From positions 74,731-138,730 of the forward strand of contig NZ_JAVZIN010000002.1 of the NCBI RefSeq assembly GCF_038871235.1: a DNA stretch of 64,000 nucleotides, read 5' to 3'. Source of the DNA: Candidatus Hadarchaeum sp. (GTDB lineage Archaea; Hadarchaeota; Hadarchaeia; Hadarchaeales; Hadarchaeaceae). Positions 46,738 to 56,936 of this stretch are shown here, piece by piece. Both the position numbers and the translations under genes were made by a program. Numbering within the stretch: position 1 is the stretch's first letter; each line of letters opens with the position of its first letter. Below the pieces are notes generated by a model that did not search any database, was not told where the DNA came from, and was given only the letters and a program-made list of their open reading frames with translations.

Positions 46738-46793
46738 CAGACGCACCAACCCAAGACTGATTGGAAGAGCTCACAAATAACTGGGTGCCTTCG

Positions 46794-49349
46794 TTAAATA
46801 TCCTTTTTAATAGCGTCGGGTTTCAGTGCCTTAAAGACCTCAAACCACACCACGCTCACCAAACCCGCTACCAAACAGAGGAGCAGTTCAACGGGCTGAA
46901 TGGTAGCGAGCTTGAAAACTGCCTGAAGCGCCGGGACATAAAGCAGAAACAGGATGAAAATGGAGGTGCCGCCCAAAATCAGCCAGAGTGGAAGGTTCCT
47001 CTTACCGATGGAGCCGAACATGCTCCTCGACCAAGAAAGGTTAGTCAGGATAAGACAAACATTAGCTATGATGAGAGTGATGAAGGTAAGCGCCCGCGCC
47101 TTTTCCACTCCCATTCCGCTGTAGTGGGAAAACAAGAAGACGGAAAGGACAACGAGGAGTACCACTAGTCCCTGAAGGATGCCGAGGCCAAGTGTTCTTC
47201 TGGTAAACAGCTTCACCTTTGGATCTCTAGGGGGGCGCCTCATGACGTCTGGTTCTTCAGGTTGTGCCTCGAAGACCACCGAACAAGCAGGGTCGATTAT
47301 CAGCTCGAGAAGGGCGACATGGACGGGCAGAAGGACCAAGGGCAGATTCAGCAGGACTGGTATTAAAGTGATCCCGGCTATCGGGACGTGGATGGTAAAG
47401 ATGTAGACCATTGCCTTCTTAATGTTGTCATAAATCCTCCGGCCGAGTCTTACGGCCTGAACTATGGAAGAAAAATTATCATCGGTTAGGACGAGCGAGG
47501 CAGCTTCTCGAGCGACATCGGTTCCCCTCTCTCCCATGGCCACACCTATGTTCGCTGCCTTCAGAGCTGGCGCGTCGTTGACCCCATCCCCAGTCATGGC
47601 CACCACCTCGCCATTGGCCTTGAGAGCCCTCACTATCCTCAGCTTCTGCTCGGGCGTCACCCTAGCATAAACGTTTGAACTTCTCACGCACTCACCGAGC
47701 TCCTCGTCGCTCATTTTTTCCAAGTCGTTACCCGTCACAATCCCTCCATCGCATTTCAATCCGACTTCCTTGGCCACATGTAACGCCGTTCCGGGATAAT
47801 CTCCAGTGATCATCACGACCCTGATTCCGGCGCTGTAACACTCCTCTATCGCCTCCTTGACCTCAAGCCTCGGGGGGTCCTTAAATCCCAACAGGCCGAT
47901 GAAGTCGAACCTGAAATCATGCTGCTCGACCGGAAGGTCTATCTTCTTGAAATATGCCTTGGCAACCCCGATCACACGCAACCCCTCGTCGGCCATCCTC
48001 GCCACAGCCTTCGAGATCTCCTCCGATCTCTCCTCGATGAGGTGACAGAGGTCGAAAACGGCCTCGGGAGCTCCCTTGGCCGCGATCACGTATTCTTCAC
48101 CATCAGGGGAGCTCCAGACCTGTGACATGGCCAGCAGCTCCCTTGATAGCAGGTATTCCCTGACCAGCGTCCAGTCGCCGTGCACATGCTCGGTGTTCGC
48201 GATGTGTCTCTCGGACAATTGGCTTATCGCCCTCTCTATCGGGTCAACGGCGTCTCTTCTGCTGGCGAGAACGGCGAACTCCAGCAGTCCGTGAAACTTT
48301 TCCGGCAGCGGTCTACTTTCATCGACATCATAGAACTCGCCGTCAACGAACATCTTCTTAAGCGTCATCCGGTTCTGGGTTAAAGTTCCAGTCTTATCGA
48401 CACAGAGCACCGTTGCCGCACCCAGCGTTTCCAAAGCCGCGACCCGACGCGTAAGCACCCTCTGTTTAGATATCCGCCAAGCACCGAGGGCTAGGAAGAC
48501 CGTCAAGATAACTGGGAACTCTTCCGGGATGATCGCCATCGCAAGAGTAAGACCGGCCAGTATTCCATGAAACCAATCCAACCTAGTAATACTGTAAACT
48601 AGGATGACAATGATGCTGAGAAGAAGTCCGAGAAGTGCGATGTTTCGGACGAGCCTCCTGGTCTCCCTCTGCAGGGAGGTATCCTCGGGCTTGAGACCCT
48701 CCAGCGACCTGCCTATCTTCCCCATCTCGGTGTTTAAACCGGTGGTGACGACCCTAGCATATCCGTAACCTTGGACCACCAAAGTACCCGAGTAAACGAA
48801 CGGCTGATCATCCCCTCCCGGTCTTCCGATCCTAGCAACCCCATCCCATGCCTTTTTCCTCACCGGGGCTGATTCTCCCGTCAGCAGCGACTCATCAACG
48901 AGAAGGTGCATCGAGTCTAGGACAATGGCGTCGGCGGGCACTCGATCGCCCTCCCTAAGCAAGAGCAAGTCCTCCCGAACCACCTCCCGACCTGGAATCC
49001 TGACCAGCTCTCTGCCTCGGATGACTAGGGCACGCGGACTGGAGAGGTTCCTCAAAGTCTCAAGCGCGCTTTCCGTCTTCCTCTCCTGATAAATGGTTAT
49101 ACCGATGATCACGAAAACGAAGCTCATCAGGACAAATGCTTCCTCCAAATCCCCTAGGATCATGTAGAGCGTTCCGATGGTGATCAGAAGAAGAAACATC
49201 GGCTCCTTGAGAACTCCGATAATTATCCTCAGGGCACCTCTCTTCTCGCCGCGTGGCAGCTCGTTGTATCCTTCTTCTCTAAGCCTTCTAGCGGCCTCCT
49301 CTTCAGACAATCCTTGGAGGCCAGCCAAATGGTTAAAATTATTTCCCAT
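46794..49349 (-). CDS. Cation-transporting P-type ATPase (P2-type)
   Basis: TGES, PEEFP, DKTGTLT, KGAPE, MITGD, TGDGVNDAP. Confidence 0.93.
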   Translation of the reverse strand: MGNNFNHLAGLQGLSEEEAARRLREEGYNELPRGEKRGALRIIIGVLKEPMFLLLITIGTLYMILGDLEEAFVLMSFVFVIIGITIYQERKTESALETLRNLSSPRALVIRGRELVRIPGREVVREDLLLLREGDRVPADAIVLDSMHLLVDESLLTGESAPVRKKAWDGVARIGRPGGDDQPFVYSGTLVVQGYGYARVVTTGLNTEMGKIGRSLEGLKPEDTSLQRETRRLVRNIALLGLLLSIIVILVYSITRLDWFHGILAGLTLAMAIIPEEFPVILTVFLALGAWRISKQRVLTRRVAALETLGAATVLCVDKTGTLTQNRMTLKKMFVDGEFYDVDESRPLPEKFHGLLEFAVLASRRDAVDPIERAISQLSERHIANTEHVHGDWTLVREYLLSRELLAMSQVWSSPDGEEYVIAAKGAPEAVFDLCHLIEERSEEISKAVARMADEGLRVIGVAKAYFKKIDLPVEQHDFRFDFIGLLGFKDPPRLEVKEAIEECYSAGIRVVMITGDYPGTALHVAKEVGLKCDGGIVTGNDLEKMSDEELGECVRSSNVYARVTPEQKLRIVRALKANGEVVAMTGDGVNDAPALKAANIGVAMGERGTDVAREAASLVLTDDNFSSIVQAVRLGRRIYDNIKKAMVYIFTIHVPIAGITLIPVLLNLPLVLLPVHVALLELIIDPACSVVFEAQPEEPDVMRRPPRDPKVKLFTRRTLGLGILQGLVVLLVVLSVFLFSHYSGMGVEKARALTFITLIIANVCLILTNLSWSRSMFGSIGKRNLPLWLILGGTSIFILFLLYVPALQAVFKLATIQPVELLLCLVAGLVSVVWFEVFKALKPDAIKKDI

Positions 49350-49481
49350 TTCTTGATAGTAGTGCGCTGTTTGCTTTTAAGGATATTGAAACCTTCAGCG
49401 TGGTTTTGAATCATCGAGCACTACCTAATTGGGGAAAACTGTTGTCAAAGTGGAGTTTTGTTCCGATTCATTAGCTCAAGG

Positions 49482-49566
49482 CGCCGGGGAGGGGATTTGA
49501 ACCCCTGCGGCCCGATGGGCCATACGCTCTCAAGGCGTACGCCTTACCTGGCTTGGCTACCCCGGC
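49482..49566 (-). tRNA. tRNA-Ser(UGA)
   Basis: GCCGGGG acceptor, TACGC-CT TGA GA-GCGTA, long variable arm, G73; no intron. Confidence 0.94.
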
Positions 49567-49620
49567 CCACTAACTACTGAAAATATCTTGGATAAATTCT
49601 TACCTGAGCCGAGGCCCGTT

Positions 49621-50211
49621 TCACTTCGTCTTTATCGAGAAAAAGGCCGCCGTCAGAAGGATAAATGAAATCCAGATGAGCAGAAAGCCGACCACCACTA
49701 TGGTCAAGATAGCACCTATCAACATGATCGTCCCGGCGGTGGCGAACAGCTGGACATTCGTCTTGTCGCTCAAGATATTCAGCGTCCTTCTGAAATATAT
49801 CACGGCAATAAGGAAGCAGACGAAGATCACGGCCAGCGCGGCCACGATACCGGCTAAGAAGGGCCAAAAGCCGGGAGTTAACACGCCCATAAACATGCGG
49901 CCCATTCCAGTCCAATTGGGATTGAGGATATCAATTCCAACTTGAGAGAAGAACCGCAGCGCCGTCAAAATCACGATGACCAGCGCGACCACCACACCCA
50001 CGACGGCAATCACAAACCCGTAAAGCGCATTGCTGAATATTTTCTTCTCCCTAAAATCCCTCGCCATGCCACTCAGGGCAATGAGTAACAGCACTAGTCC
50101 TACCAGTCCAAGCACCCCTGCTGCCGCACCCATCGCTATGGGGGACAAAACTACCAACAGGGCCCCCACGCCGCCCAAGTTCTTGTGAGATTCAAGCGTC
50201 ATCACTGCCAA
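49621..50211 (-). CDS. DUF996-like membrane protein
   Basis: K.LGGVGALL, IF.NAL, F.TAG....IGAILTIVVVG...AFF pattern; multiple TM helices. Confidence 0.75.
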   Translation of the reverse strand: MAVMTLESHKNLGGVGALLVVLSPIAMGAAAGVLGLVGLVLLLIALSGMARDFREKKIFSNALYGFVIAVVGVVVALVIVILTALRFFSQVGIDILNPNWTGMGRMFMGVLTPGFWPFLAGIVAALAVIFVCFLIAVIYFRRTLNILSDKTNVQLFATAGTIMLIGAILTIVVVGFLLIWISFILLTAAFFSIKTK

Positions 50212-50354
50212 CTTAGTTTACCTGAAAATAAAGGTTTCCACGACCAAAAGATTTTTGACTTGGATGAGGAAAAGTGATTCTGAAAAAAGCGCCGAGGTTA
50301 AATGCCGGTGGACAAACTCCTTTACTTTGTTGATTGGACTAGCTGGTGTGGGAG

Positions 50355-50885
50355 ATGTATATCCGAATACCTGTAGATAGAATTGGGGCCGCCATCGGGC
50401 CTAATGGCGAGATAAAGAAGGAAATCGAGCGCCGCACCTCCGCCAAGCTAACCTTCGACAGCGAGTCGGGCTGCGTGAAAATTGAGGCCGGGAATGATCC
50501 GTTAGGCGCATTAAAAGCCGAGAACGTCCTCAAGGCGATTGCCCGAGGGTTCAGCTCGCAGCGGGCTTTCAGGCTGTTCGATGACGATCAGCTCCTAGAG
50601 ATTGTGGACATCACCGATTTCGCCGGGGACTCGGAACGCGCCATCGCCCGGTTGAAAGGCAGGGTCATTGGCGAAAAGGGAAAGACCCGAGAGACTATTG
50701 AGCGCCTGACCGACACTTACATTTCAATTTACGGAAAAACAGTTGCCGCCATCGGGAACGCCGAACAGGTGGCGGTGGCTCGAGAGGCCATTGAGATGCT
50801 GCTGAGCGGGAGGGAACACGCAACCGTCTACAGATTCCTGGAGAAAAAACGTCGAAAGAACCAGAGGGGACCGCCGCAGTTCTGA
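50355..50885 (+). CDS. dim2: KH-domain pre-rRNA processing protein (Dim2/Pno1)
   Basis: IP.DRIG..IG..G, AIARGFS, KGRVIGEKGKTR, H.TVY.FL. Confidence 0.93.
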   Translation: MYIRIPVDRIGAAIGPNGEIKKEIERRTSAKLTFDSESGCVKIEAGNDPLGALKAENVLKAIARGFSSQRAFRLFDDDQLLEIVDITDFAGDSERAIARLKGRVIGEKGKTRETIERLTDTYISIYGKTVAAIGNAEQVAVAREAIEMLLSGREHATVYRFLEKKRRKNQRGPPQF

Positions 50886-50912
50886 GGCCCGAGTCTGGGA
50901 TAACACTTTTAT

Positions 50913-50969
50913 AGTAACTTTAACAACTTTACTATGATGAGTAAAGATACTAAAAACACTAAAGTTACT
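50913..50969. promoter_or_regulatory. Nested inverted repeats around the RHH gene start (putative operator)
   Basis: AGTAACTTTA (50913) / TAAAGTTACT (50960) perfect inverted pair; inner CTTTACT / AGTAAAG pair flanking ATGATG; TTTTATA just upstream. Confidence 0.5.
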
Positions 50970-51095
50970 CTCAAGGTGGACGACGACACGCACCGAAAGC
51001 TGCTCGAGGTGGTCTCGAAGCTTCAGATCAAGAAGGGCAGAAGGGTCACCATGGACGAGGCGATTAAGGAGCTGATAAACCATGCTGGATATTAG
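50934..51095 (+). CDS. Small ribbon-helix-helix-like (CopG/VapB-type) DNA-binding protein
   Basis: Not in ORF track. MMSKDTKNTKVTLKVDDDTHRKLLEVVSKLQIKKGRRVTMDEAIKELINHAGY (53 aa): beta strand, helix, T.DEAI..L helix. Confidence 0.75.
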   Translation: MMSKDTKNTKVTLKVDDDTHRKLLEVVSKLQIKKGRRVTMDEAIKELINHAGY

Positions 51096-51206
51096 GTTGT
51101 GCTGCGGGGAGCGAACACGGGCTTCATGGTGGAGAATAGTTTCAGCGCCCCCACGCCCAAACTCGTTTATACAGGGCGGGGAAAATGGGGCTCCGGTGGC
51201 GGATCC

Positions 51207-52775
51207 ATGAAGAGCCTTGCCGACGAACTTTTCGCCGATTTCAGGGAGCACAGCGTCAGCGAATTTTTCCGCAGAAACGCTGCCATGCTCGGCTATACCG
51301 GCAAGATTCGCTCGCTGACGACGATCGTCCACGAAGGCGTGACCAACGCAATCGATGCGGCTGAAGAGGCCGGAATTTTGCCCAAAGTGACTGTTATGAT
51401 AAAAAGGGTGAACGATGAACCTGAACATTTCAGGATCGTCATCGAGGACAACGCCTCAGGCATCCCGGAACAATATATTCCCGACGTTTTCGGCAAGATG
51501 CTCGCCGGAACCAAGCTGCACCGAGCCATGCAGCAGCGCGGACAGCAGGGCATAGGTATTTCCGGCTGCGTGATGTTCGGACAGATAACCTCAGGCAAGC
51601 CGGCGACGGTTGTCACCTCCACCGGCAATGGCGAGGTCGTTCGTGCGGATGTCATGATCGACGTCGACAGGAACCAAGGTAAGATCATCAACAAGGAGAA
51701 GTTCAAGGAGAAGTGGCGGGGCACTAGAGTTGAGATCGAGGCGAAAGAAGTGGCTTACATGCGCTCCCGCTACGGTCCCTTCAACTACCTGCGCATGACC
51801 GCTATCGCCAATCCTCACGTGAGGATAACCTTCATTGAACCCGACGGCACCCTCACCATCTTCGAAAATGCCACCGACAAGATCCCGGAGCGACCCAAGC
51901 CCATGCCCCTGCACCCTTGGGGGATAATGTCCGACGATCTGCTGGTGCTGGCCAAGCGCACCAAGGCCCGAACCGTATCCGGACTTCTCTCCACGGAACT
52001 CTCCCGGGTGAGCAAGCAGAAGGCGGACGAGGTTTGCCGGCTCGCCAACGTCTCACCTGAAAAGAAGCCATCAGAACTGACCTGGGAGGAGGCCGAGAGA
52101 ATCGTCTCCGCCTTCAAACAGGTTAAACTTCTGGCCCCGCCGACTTCCGGGCTCAGGCCGATAGGCGCGGCCGAGCTGGAGAACGGCATGCGCCAGATAT
52201 TGAACCCCGAGTTCGTCTACACGCTCACCCGACCGCCGAAGGTGTACCGGGGTGGCCTGCCCTTCATCGTCGAAGTCGGAATCGCCTACGGCGGCAATGC
52301 CGGGAAGTCGCTCGAGAGCAAGGGCGACAATGAAAGCACCGAGGGAGAGGTGGGGATGGACCTCATCAGGTTTGCCAACCGGGCTCCGCTCATCTTTGAC
52401 CAGGGGGGTTGCGCCATCACGGCCGCCGCCCGGAGCATCGACTGGCGCCGCTACGGTGTGGATATTACCAATGCCCCGCTGACGCTCTTCGTCAACATCT
52501 CCTCGGCCTATGTCCCCTACACCTCGGCGGGTAAACAATCCATCGCTGACGAGCCCGAAATCGTGAACGAGATCAGGACGGCGGTAATGGAGGCCGCCCG
52601 CGAGCTGAAAAAATTCCTCTACCGAAGGCTCAAGGCCAAGGAGAGGCAGGAGCGGGCGGGCATCTTCGAAAGGTTCCTACCGGTGGTCGCCCGAAAGGCC
52701 GCGAGGCTGGCCAGTGTGGAGGAGCCCGACATCAAACCCCTGCTGAAGAAAATCGCGGGTGTTGACCATGACTAA
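51207..52775 (+). CDS. top6B: DNA topoisomerase VI subunit B
   Basis: [38 protein letters not shown]. Confidence 0.97.
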   Translation: MKSLADELFADFREHSVSEFFRRNAAMLGYTGKIRSLTTIVHEGVTNAIDAAEEAGILPKVTVMIKRVNDEPEHFRIVIEDNASGIPEQYIPDVFGKMLAGTKLHRAMQQRGQQGIGISGCVMFGQITSGKPATVVTSTGNGEVVRADVMIDVDRNQGKIINKEKFKEKWRGTRVEIEAKEVAYMRSRYGPFNYLRMTAIANPHVRITFIEPDGTLTIFENATDKIPERPKPMPLHPWGIMSDDLLVLAKRTKARTVSGLLSTELSRVSKQKADEVCRLANVSPEKKPSELTWEEAERIVSAFKQVKLLAPPTSGLRPIGAAELENGMRQILNPEFVYTLTRPPKVYRGGLPFIVEVGIAYGGNAGKSLESKGDNESTEGEVGMDLIRFANRAPLIFDQGGCAITAAARSIDWRRYGVDITNAPLTLFVNISSAYVPYTSAGKQSIADEPEIVNEIRTAVMEAARELKKFLYRRLKAKERQERAGIFERFLPVVARKAARLASVEEPDIKPLLKKIAGVDHD

Positions 52776-53877
52776 AGACGCCACCTCCCTGGAGCCAAAA
52801 CACCGCAAGAAGGCGCTGCAGGCCCTAGCCGAGCTGGGCCGGAAAATTGTCGAGGATATCAGAAATGTCCAACCGCCGAAGCTGAAGATTCCATCCAGGA
52901 GCACCTCAAACATCATCTACGACAAGAAGAACCGCTATTTTGTCCTCGGGCCCAGATATGGGATCAGGTCGGCGGGAAGCATGAAGCAAATCAAGAAGGT
53001 GGCGCAGCTCCTCTGCACGGCCGACTTCGCCCGGGAACTCATCGAGAGCGGCAAGTTCGCCACGCTCCGGGAGATGTACTACACGGCCGAGGGATGGGAG
53101 GCCGGCCCCTTCCACGACCAGAGCGAGTCTGATGCTATCATCGAAGACCTTGAGGCGACGTTCGGATTGAAGAGGGAGAGCCTTGGACTGATGCCGGAGG
53201 AAGATGGTGCCGCCGTTTACGGCCAGATCGTCTTTCGCGAGGGTGATGTGACCATTGACGCCACCAAGGCCGGTAGGGGCGGTTACACCATTCCGCCCAC
53301 AATCGATGACGTCGAGTTCGTCAAGTGCCGGGCCAAGCGGATCATCGCGGTGGAGACAATGGGTATGTATCACCGGCTCATCCAAGAAGAGGCCTGGAAG
53401 AAATTTGATGCCTTGATCGTGGGACTTAAAGGACAAGCTGCCCGGGCCACGAGGAGGTTCTTGAAGAGGGCGAACGAGGAACTCGGCCTGCCCGTCTACC
53501 TCAACTGCGACGGTGATCCCTTCGGCTACCACATCGGCATGGTCATCATCTCAGGCAGCGCCAACCTGGCCTACATCAACCACGAGCTGGCCGTTCCCGA
53601 CGCCAAGTACATCGGCGTCACCGCCAGCGACATCGTCAACTACAAGCTGCCCACGGACAAGCTGCGCGAACTCGACATCGCCCGGCTGAAGCAGCTGCTG
53701 AAGGACCCAAGGTACAATACTGAGTTCTGGCAGTATGAGATCAAGAAGATGCTCGAGATCGGGAGGAAGGCCGAGCAGCAGGCGTTTGCCAAGTATGGGC
53801 TGGCCTACGTCGTCAACGAGTATCTGCCCGCCAAGCTGAAGGAAGTTGAGGGGCAGCGGTTCTTGGGAAAGACGTGA
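52768..53877 (+). CDS. top6A: DNA topoisomerase VI subunit A
   Basis: [38 protein letters not shown]. Confidence 0.97.
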   Translation: MTKDATSLEPKHRKKALQALAELGRKIVEDIRNVQPPKLKIPSRSTSNIIYDKKNRYFVLGPRYGIRSAGSMKQIKKVAQLLCTADFARELIESGKFATLREMYYTAEGWEAGPFHDQSESDAIIEDLEATFGLKRESLGLMPEEDGAAVYGQIVFREGDVTIDATKAGRGGYTIPPTIDDVEFVKCRAKRIIAVETMGMYHRLIQEEAWKKFDALIVGLKGQAARATRRFLKRANEELGLPVYLNCDGDPFGYHIGMVIISGSANLAYINHELAVPDAKYIGVTASDIVNYKLPTDKLRELDIARLKQLLKDPRYNTEFWQYEIKKMLEIGRKAEQQAFAKYGLAYVVNEYLPAKLKEVEGQRFLGKT

Positions 53878-53901
53878 ATCGTATAAATTTTAGCCTTAAT
53901 A

Positions 53902-54761
53902 TTATCGAAACCCAACTTCTCTTTTTAATTTATTATCTTCGATCTGGATGTCGTAAACATTTTTTATTTTTTCTACCGTCATCGTTTTAACTCGTTCACT
54001 TATTTCATGAAAAGCCCCGCCCAGAAGCTGATGTATCTTTAGCAAATCTTTTTTCTCTGAAATTATGAAAATATTGCTATTCCAAAGGTCAAGTGCGTGC
54101 TTTAATTTTGCAAGAGCCTGACACAAATTTCCCCCTATTTGTACCTCGAAAACATATGTAGGAACACTAGCCGCCACTTTTCTCCAAACCACATCGAGCC
54201 GCTCACCAGTATCTGGAAATGGATACTCTTTTTCAGCAATATAATTCTCCATCTTGCCCAGTTCTAGAAGCATTTCTTTAACTCGGTCGTGCAAGTTAAC
54301 TTCCTCTTTCTTGACTATCTTCACCAAGGGCTCTAACAATCTAGATAATTCTGTGTTCCAAGTCTGATCCATTTTTTGTAAAAGCTGTTGGATCGATCCT
54401 TTGTCCTTTACTGAACTCAAACCGGACATCACACTAATTTTAAACCCTGCGGTGCCCACTTTTCTATTTATCCAGTCCGTCCTAGGAAGAACGTATTCAA
54501 CTTTAAACTCAAAGCGGTACTACCAAATAACTTATTTTTTTCACGTTCTTCGGGCCATAAAGGTTTATCTTGTATGACTTTGTTATCGATCTTTGCGACG
54601 CCGATGATTCCGCTCACGGGGGAGGTCGCATAAAATAATAAAAGGTCTCCCTTCTGCAACTTTTCCCAAAGGTTCTTTTGTCTCTCTTTAACTCCCCAAA
54701 TGTTGCCTGAAATTGCGGTTTCCCAATTTTCGACTTTACCTACACATATCCAAACTTGCAC
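53902..54761 (-). pseudogene. EVE domain + PD-(D/E)xK nuclease-like fusion, disrupted by a frameshift and an in-frame TAG
   Basis: EVE-like N-terminus (NW...WG...KGDLLLFY...GIIG); shifted frame reads VIW*YRFEFKVEY and is continuous with the 53902-54459 ORF (LDVVW...FEVQ). Confidence 0.75.
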
Positions 54762-54961
54762 GAATAAAGATTCCTGACTAAAGTCTTAAACGTTTCTTTT
54801 CCAGCAATTTTCTTGCGAGACTATCTCCTTGTGTATTAAAATTAAGACTCGCAAAATTTCTTCGAGTTCGTTATCCAATAGACCCATTTAACCTTTGCGC
54901 TGGGGTTCCTTTAAAGCGAAGACTTAAGTTACCAGCCGTTGCTCGTTAATCAGTTGACCCC

Positions 54962-55438
54962 ATGAAAATTCTCGTAGCCTGTTATTCAAGAACCGGCACC
55001 ACCAAAGCGGTGGGCGAAGCTATTGCTCGGGAACTCGGAGCTGATTTCGAACACATCATTGACCTAAAGAGGAGAACCGGCCTGCCACCATTCCGCTTTC
55101 TGATCGCGGGCAGAGATGCCATGAGAAAAAGAACGACGAACATCAAATTTGAGAAATCGGCGGAAGACTACGACCTGATCGTCATCGGCACGCCAGTTTG
55201 GGCAGGGAACATCACCCCTGCGGTGAGAACTTATCTCAACATCCAGAAGCTGGAGGGCAAGAGGGTGGCCTTCTTCTGCACGGACGGCGGCGGGCATGAA
55301 AAGGTGTTCGCTGAGATGAGGGCGCTGGTGCCGAAGTCGGCAGTAGTGGGCACGCTCGGGATACCATCAAAGGAAGTCAAGGCTGGCGCCCAATCTGAGA
55401 AAATGAAGTCATTCACCGAGAGCCTGAAAAAGAACTGA
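54962..55438 (+). CDS. Flavodoxin-like protein
   Basis: YSRTGTT, YDLIVIGTPVWAG, AFFCT. Confidence 0.88.
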   Translation: MKILVACYSRTGTTKAVGEAIARELGADFEHIIDLKRRTGLPPFRFLIAGRDAMRKRTTNIKFEKSAEDYDLIVIGTPVWAGNITPAVRTYLNIQKLEGKRVAFFCTDGGGHEKVFAEMRALVPKSAVVGTLGIPSKEVKAGAQSEKMKSFTESLKKN

Positions 55439-55519
55439 TATCGCGAAAAATAATTTGTCAGATCGGTATTCGGCGATGGATTTTTATAAAGAGGTAATTT
55501 TAGGGCCAAAACCGGCTCT

Positions 55520-55675
55520 TTAAGCAGCTTGTCCGAGCGTTGACACTTTGCCCGAAGAGATTGGCGCCTCGGCTGCTGTAATGGCTGGCTCGTGTTTCCG
55601 CTTCCACTTTTTCTGCCTCTTCTTCTTCCTCTCGCGCCAGTCGGGCTTCTTCCAGCGATATTTTCTCAGACTCAT
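55520..55675 (-). CDS. Small basic protein, eS32/eL41-like N-terminus
   Basis: Not in ORF track. MSLRKYRWKKPDWRERKKKRQKKWKRKHEPAITAAEAPISSGKVSTLGQAA (51 aa); GGTGG SD and TTTAATA upstream. Confidence 0.55.
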   Translation of the reverse strand: MSLRKYRWKKPDWRERKKKRQKKWKRKHEPAITAAEAPISSGKVSTLGQAA

Positions 55676-55808
55676 CCAACCACCGATGAACTCAACCTAA
55701 CCTGCCCAAGATATTAAACCCCCCACCCTATTAAATCGATTTTCAACGCTTCAAAACCACAGCCCAGCTAAAGTTAATACGCCGCTCAATAGATAGTCAA
55801 TCGAGATC

Positions 55809-56660
55809 ATGGAGAAAATCACCACGATCAAGATCAGGGAGATGAAGGACAGCGGGGAAAAAATAGTCATGCTGGCGACCTACGACTACCTAACGGCGAA
55901 AATGGTCGACGAAGCCGGCGCCGACGCCGTCTTGGTGGGCGACTCGCTGGCCAATGTGGTCCTGGGACACCGTGACACCCTTTCGGTCGGAATGGAGGAG
56001 ATGCTCCACCACACCAAGGCCGTGGCCACCGGGGTTAAACGGGCGCTGGTGGTCGGCGACATGCCCTTCATGTCCTACCAGGCGAGCACCGAGGACGCCA
56101 TCCGGAACGCAGGCCGTTTTCTGAAGGAAGGACACGCCGAAGCCGTCAAGGTCGAGGGCGGTCGCAAGATGATAAGAAAGATCGAGGCCATCATCGACTC
56201 CGGGGTTCCGGTGATGGGCCACCTCGGCCTGACCCCACAGTGGGTGCACCAGTTCGGCGGCTACCGCGTTCGGGGCAAGACTTGGTCCGCCGCCCGCGCC
56301 ATCCTCGAGGATGCCAAAAGGTTGGAGCAGGCCGGCGTCTTCAGCCTAGTGCTCGAGGCCATGCCCTGGCAGCTGGCCAAGCTGATCACCGAAAAGCTGG
56401 AGATCCCAACCATTGGAATCGGCGCCGGACCTTACTGCGACGGTCAAGTTCTGGTGCTGCACGACCTCATCGGCTTAACCGGGCCAAACCTCCCCAAGTT
56501 CGTCAGGCGCTACGCCGAGGTCGATAAAGAGATCATGAAGGCGCTGGAGAGCTTCAAGAGGGACGTCAAGTCGGGCAAGTTCCCGACGCTGGCGCAGAGC
56601 TACGAGATGCCTCCCGAGGAGATGCGCAAGTTAATCCGGGGTTTCAGGCAGAAAAGATGA
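55809..56660 (+). CDS. panB: 3-methyl-2-oxobutanoate hydroxymethyltransferase
   Basis: LVGDSLA, DMPFMSY, VKVEGG, GHLGLTPQ, IGIGAG..CDGQVLV. Confidence 0.96.
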   Translation: MEKITTIKIREMKDSGEKIVMLATYDYLTAKMVDEAGADAVLVGDSLANVVLGHRDTLSVGMEEMLHHTKAVATGVKRALVVGDMPFMSYQASTEDAIRNAGRFLKEGHAEAVKVEGGRKMIRKIEAIIDSGVPVMGHLGLTPQWVHQFGGYRVRGKTWSAARAILEDAKRLEQAGVFSLVLEAMPWQLAKLITEKLEIPTIGIGAGPYCDGQVLVLHDLIGLTGPNLPKFVRRYAEVDKEIMKALESFKRDVKSGKFPTLAQSYEMPPEEMRKLIRGFRQKR

Positions 56661-56722
56661 GTTCTAAGCACCTTTAAATATTGAAAATAAGAGGATAAAA
56701 GCGACTGAACGGAGGTGTAAAA

Positions 56723-56887
56723 ATGGCTTATATAGTTAAGTCCGCGGTGAGGGAGCTCCTCAAGGGAATGAGGGCCAGCGACGACTTCTTCAAAGCACTG
56801 GACGCGGTAGTGGCCGCAAGCTGCAAAAAGGCAATCGAGCGTGCCAAGGGCAACGGCAGGAAGACCCTCAGAGGAATAGACCTCTAA
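56723..56887 (+). CDS. Short histone-fold protein with truncated alpha-3
   Basis: Not in ORF track. MAYIVKSAVRELLKGMRASDDFFKALDAVVAASCKKAIERAKGNGRKTLRGIDL (54 aa); GGAGGTG SD, TTTAAATA promoter. Confidence 0.88.
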   Translation: MAYIVKSAVRELLKGMRASDDFFKALDAVVAASCKKAIERAKGNGRKTLRGIDL

Positions 56888-56900
56888 GCCGAAAATTTTT

Positions 56901-56934
56901 GGTGGCGGCCGAGGCTGCCACTGTTTTTAATTTT
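56901..56934 (+). terminator. GC-rich hairpin plus T-tract between the histone gene and aIF-5A
   Basis: GGTGGCGGC-CGAG-GCTGCCACT followed by GTTTTTAATTTT. Confidence 0.55.
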
Positions 56935-56936
56935 GT

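Noticed and set aside
27630-49566. Near-identical 3' ends of two tRNA-Ser genes as att sites of an integrated element
   Set aside because: Both are complete isoacceptor genes, the DNA between is core ribosomal operon, and no integrase is present.
54520-54522. In-frame TAG as pyrrolysine
   Set aside because: It is accompanied by a frameshift and there are no pyl genes in the window; decay is simpler.
54813-54854. Imperfect inverted repeat TTGCGAGACT...AGACTCGCAA upstream of the EVE gene
   Set aside because: Short, with a long spacer and no transposase or target duplication; insufficient support.
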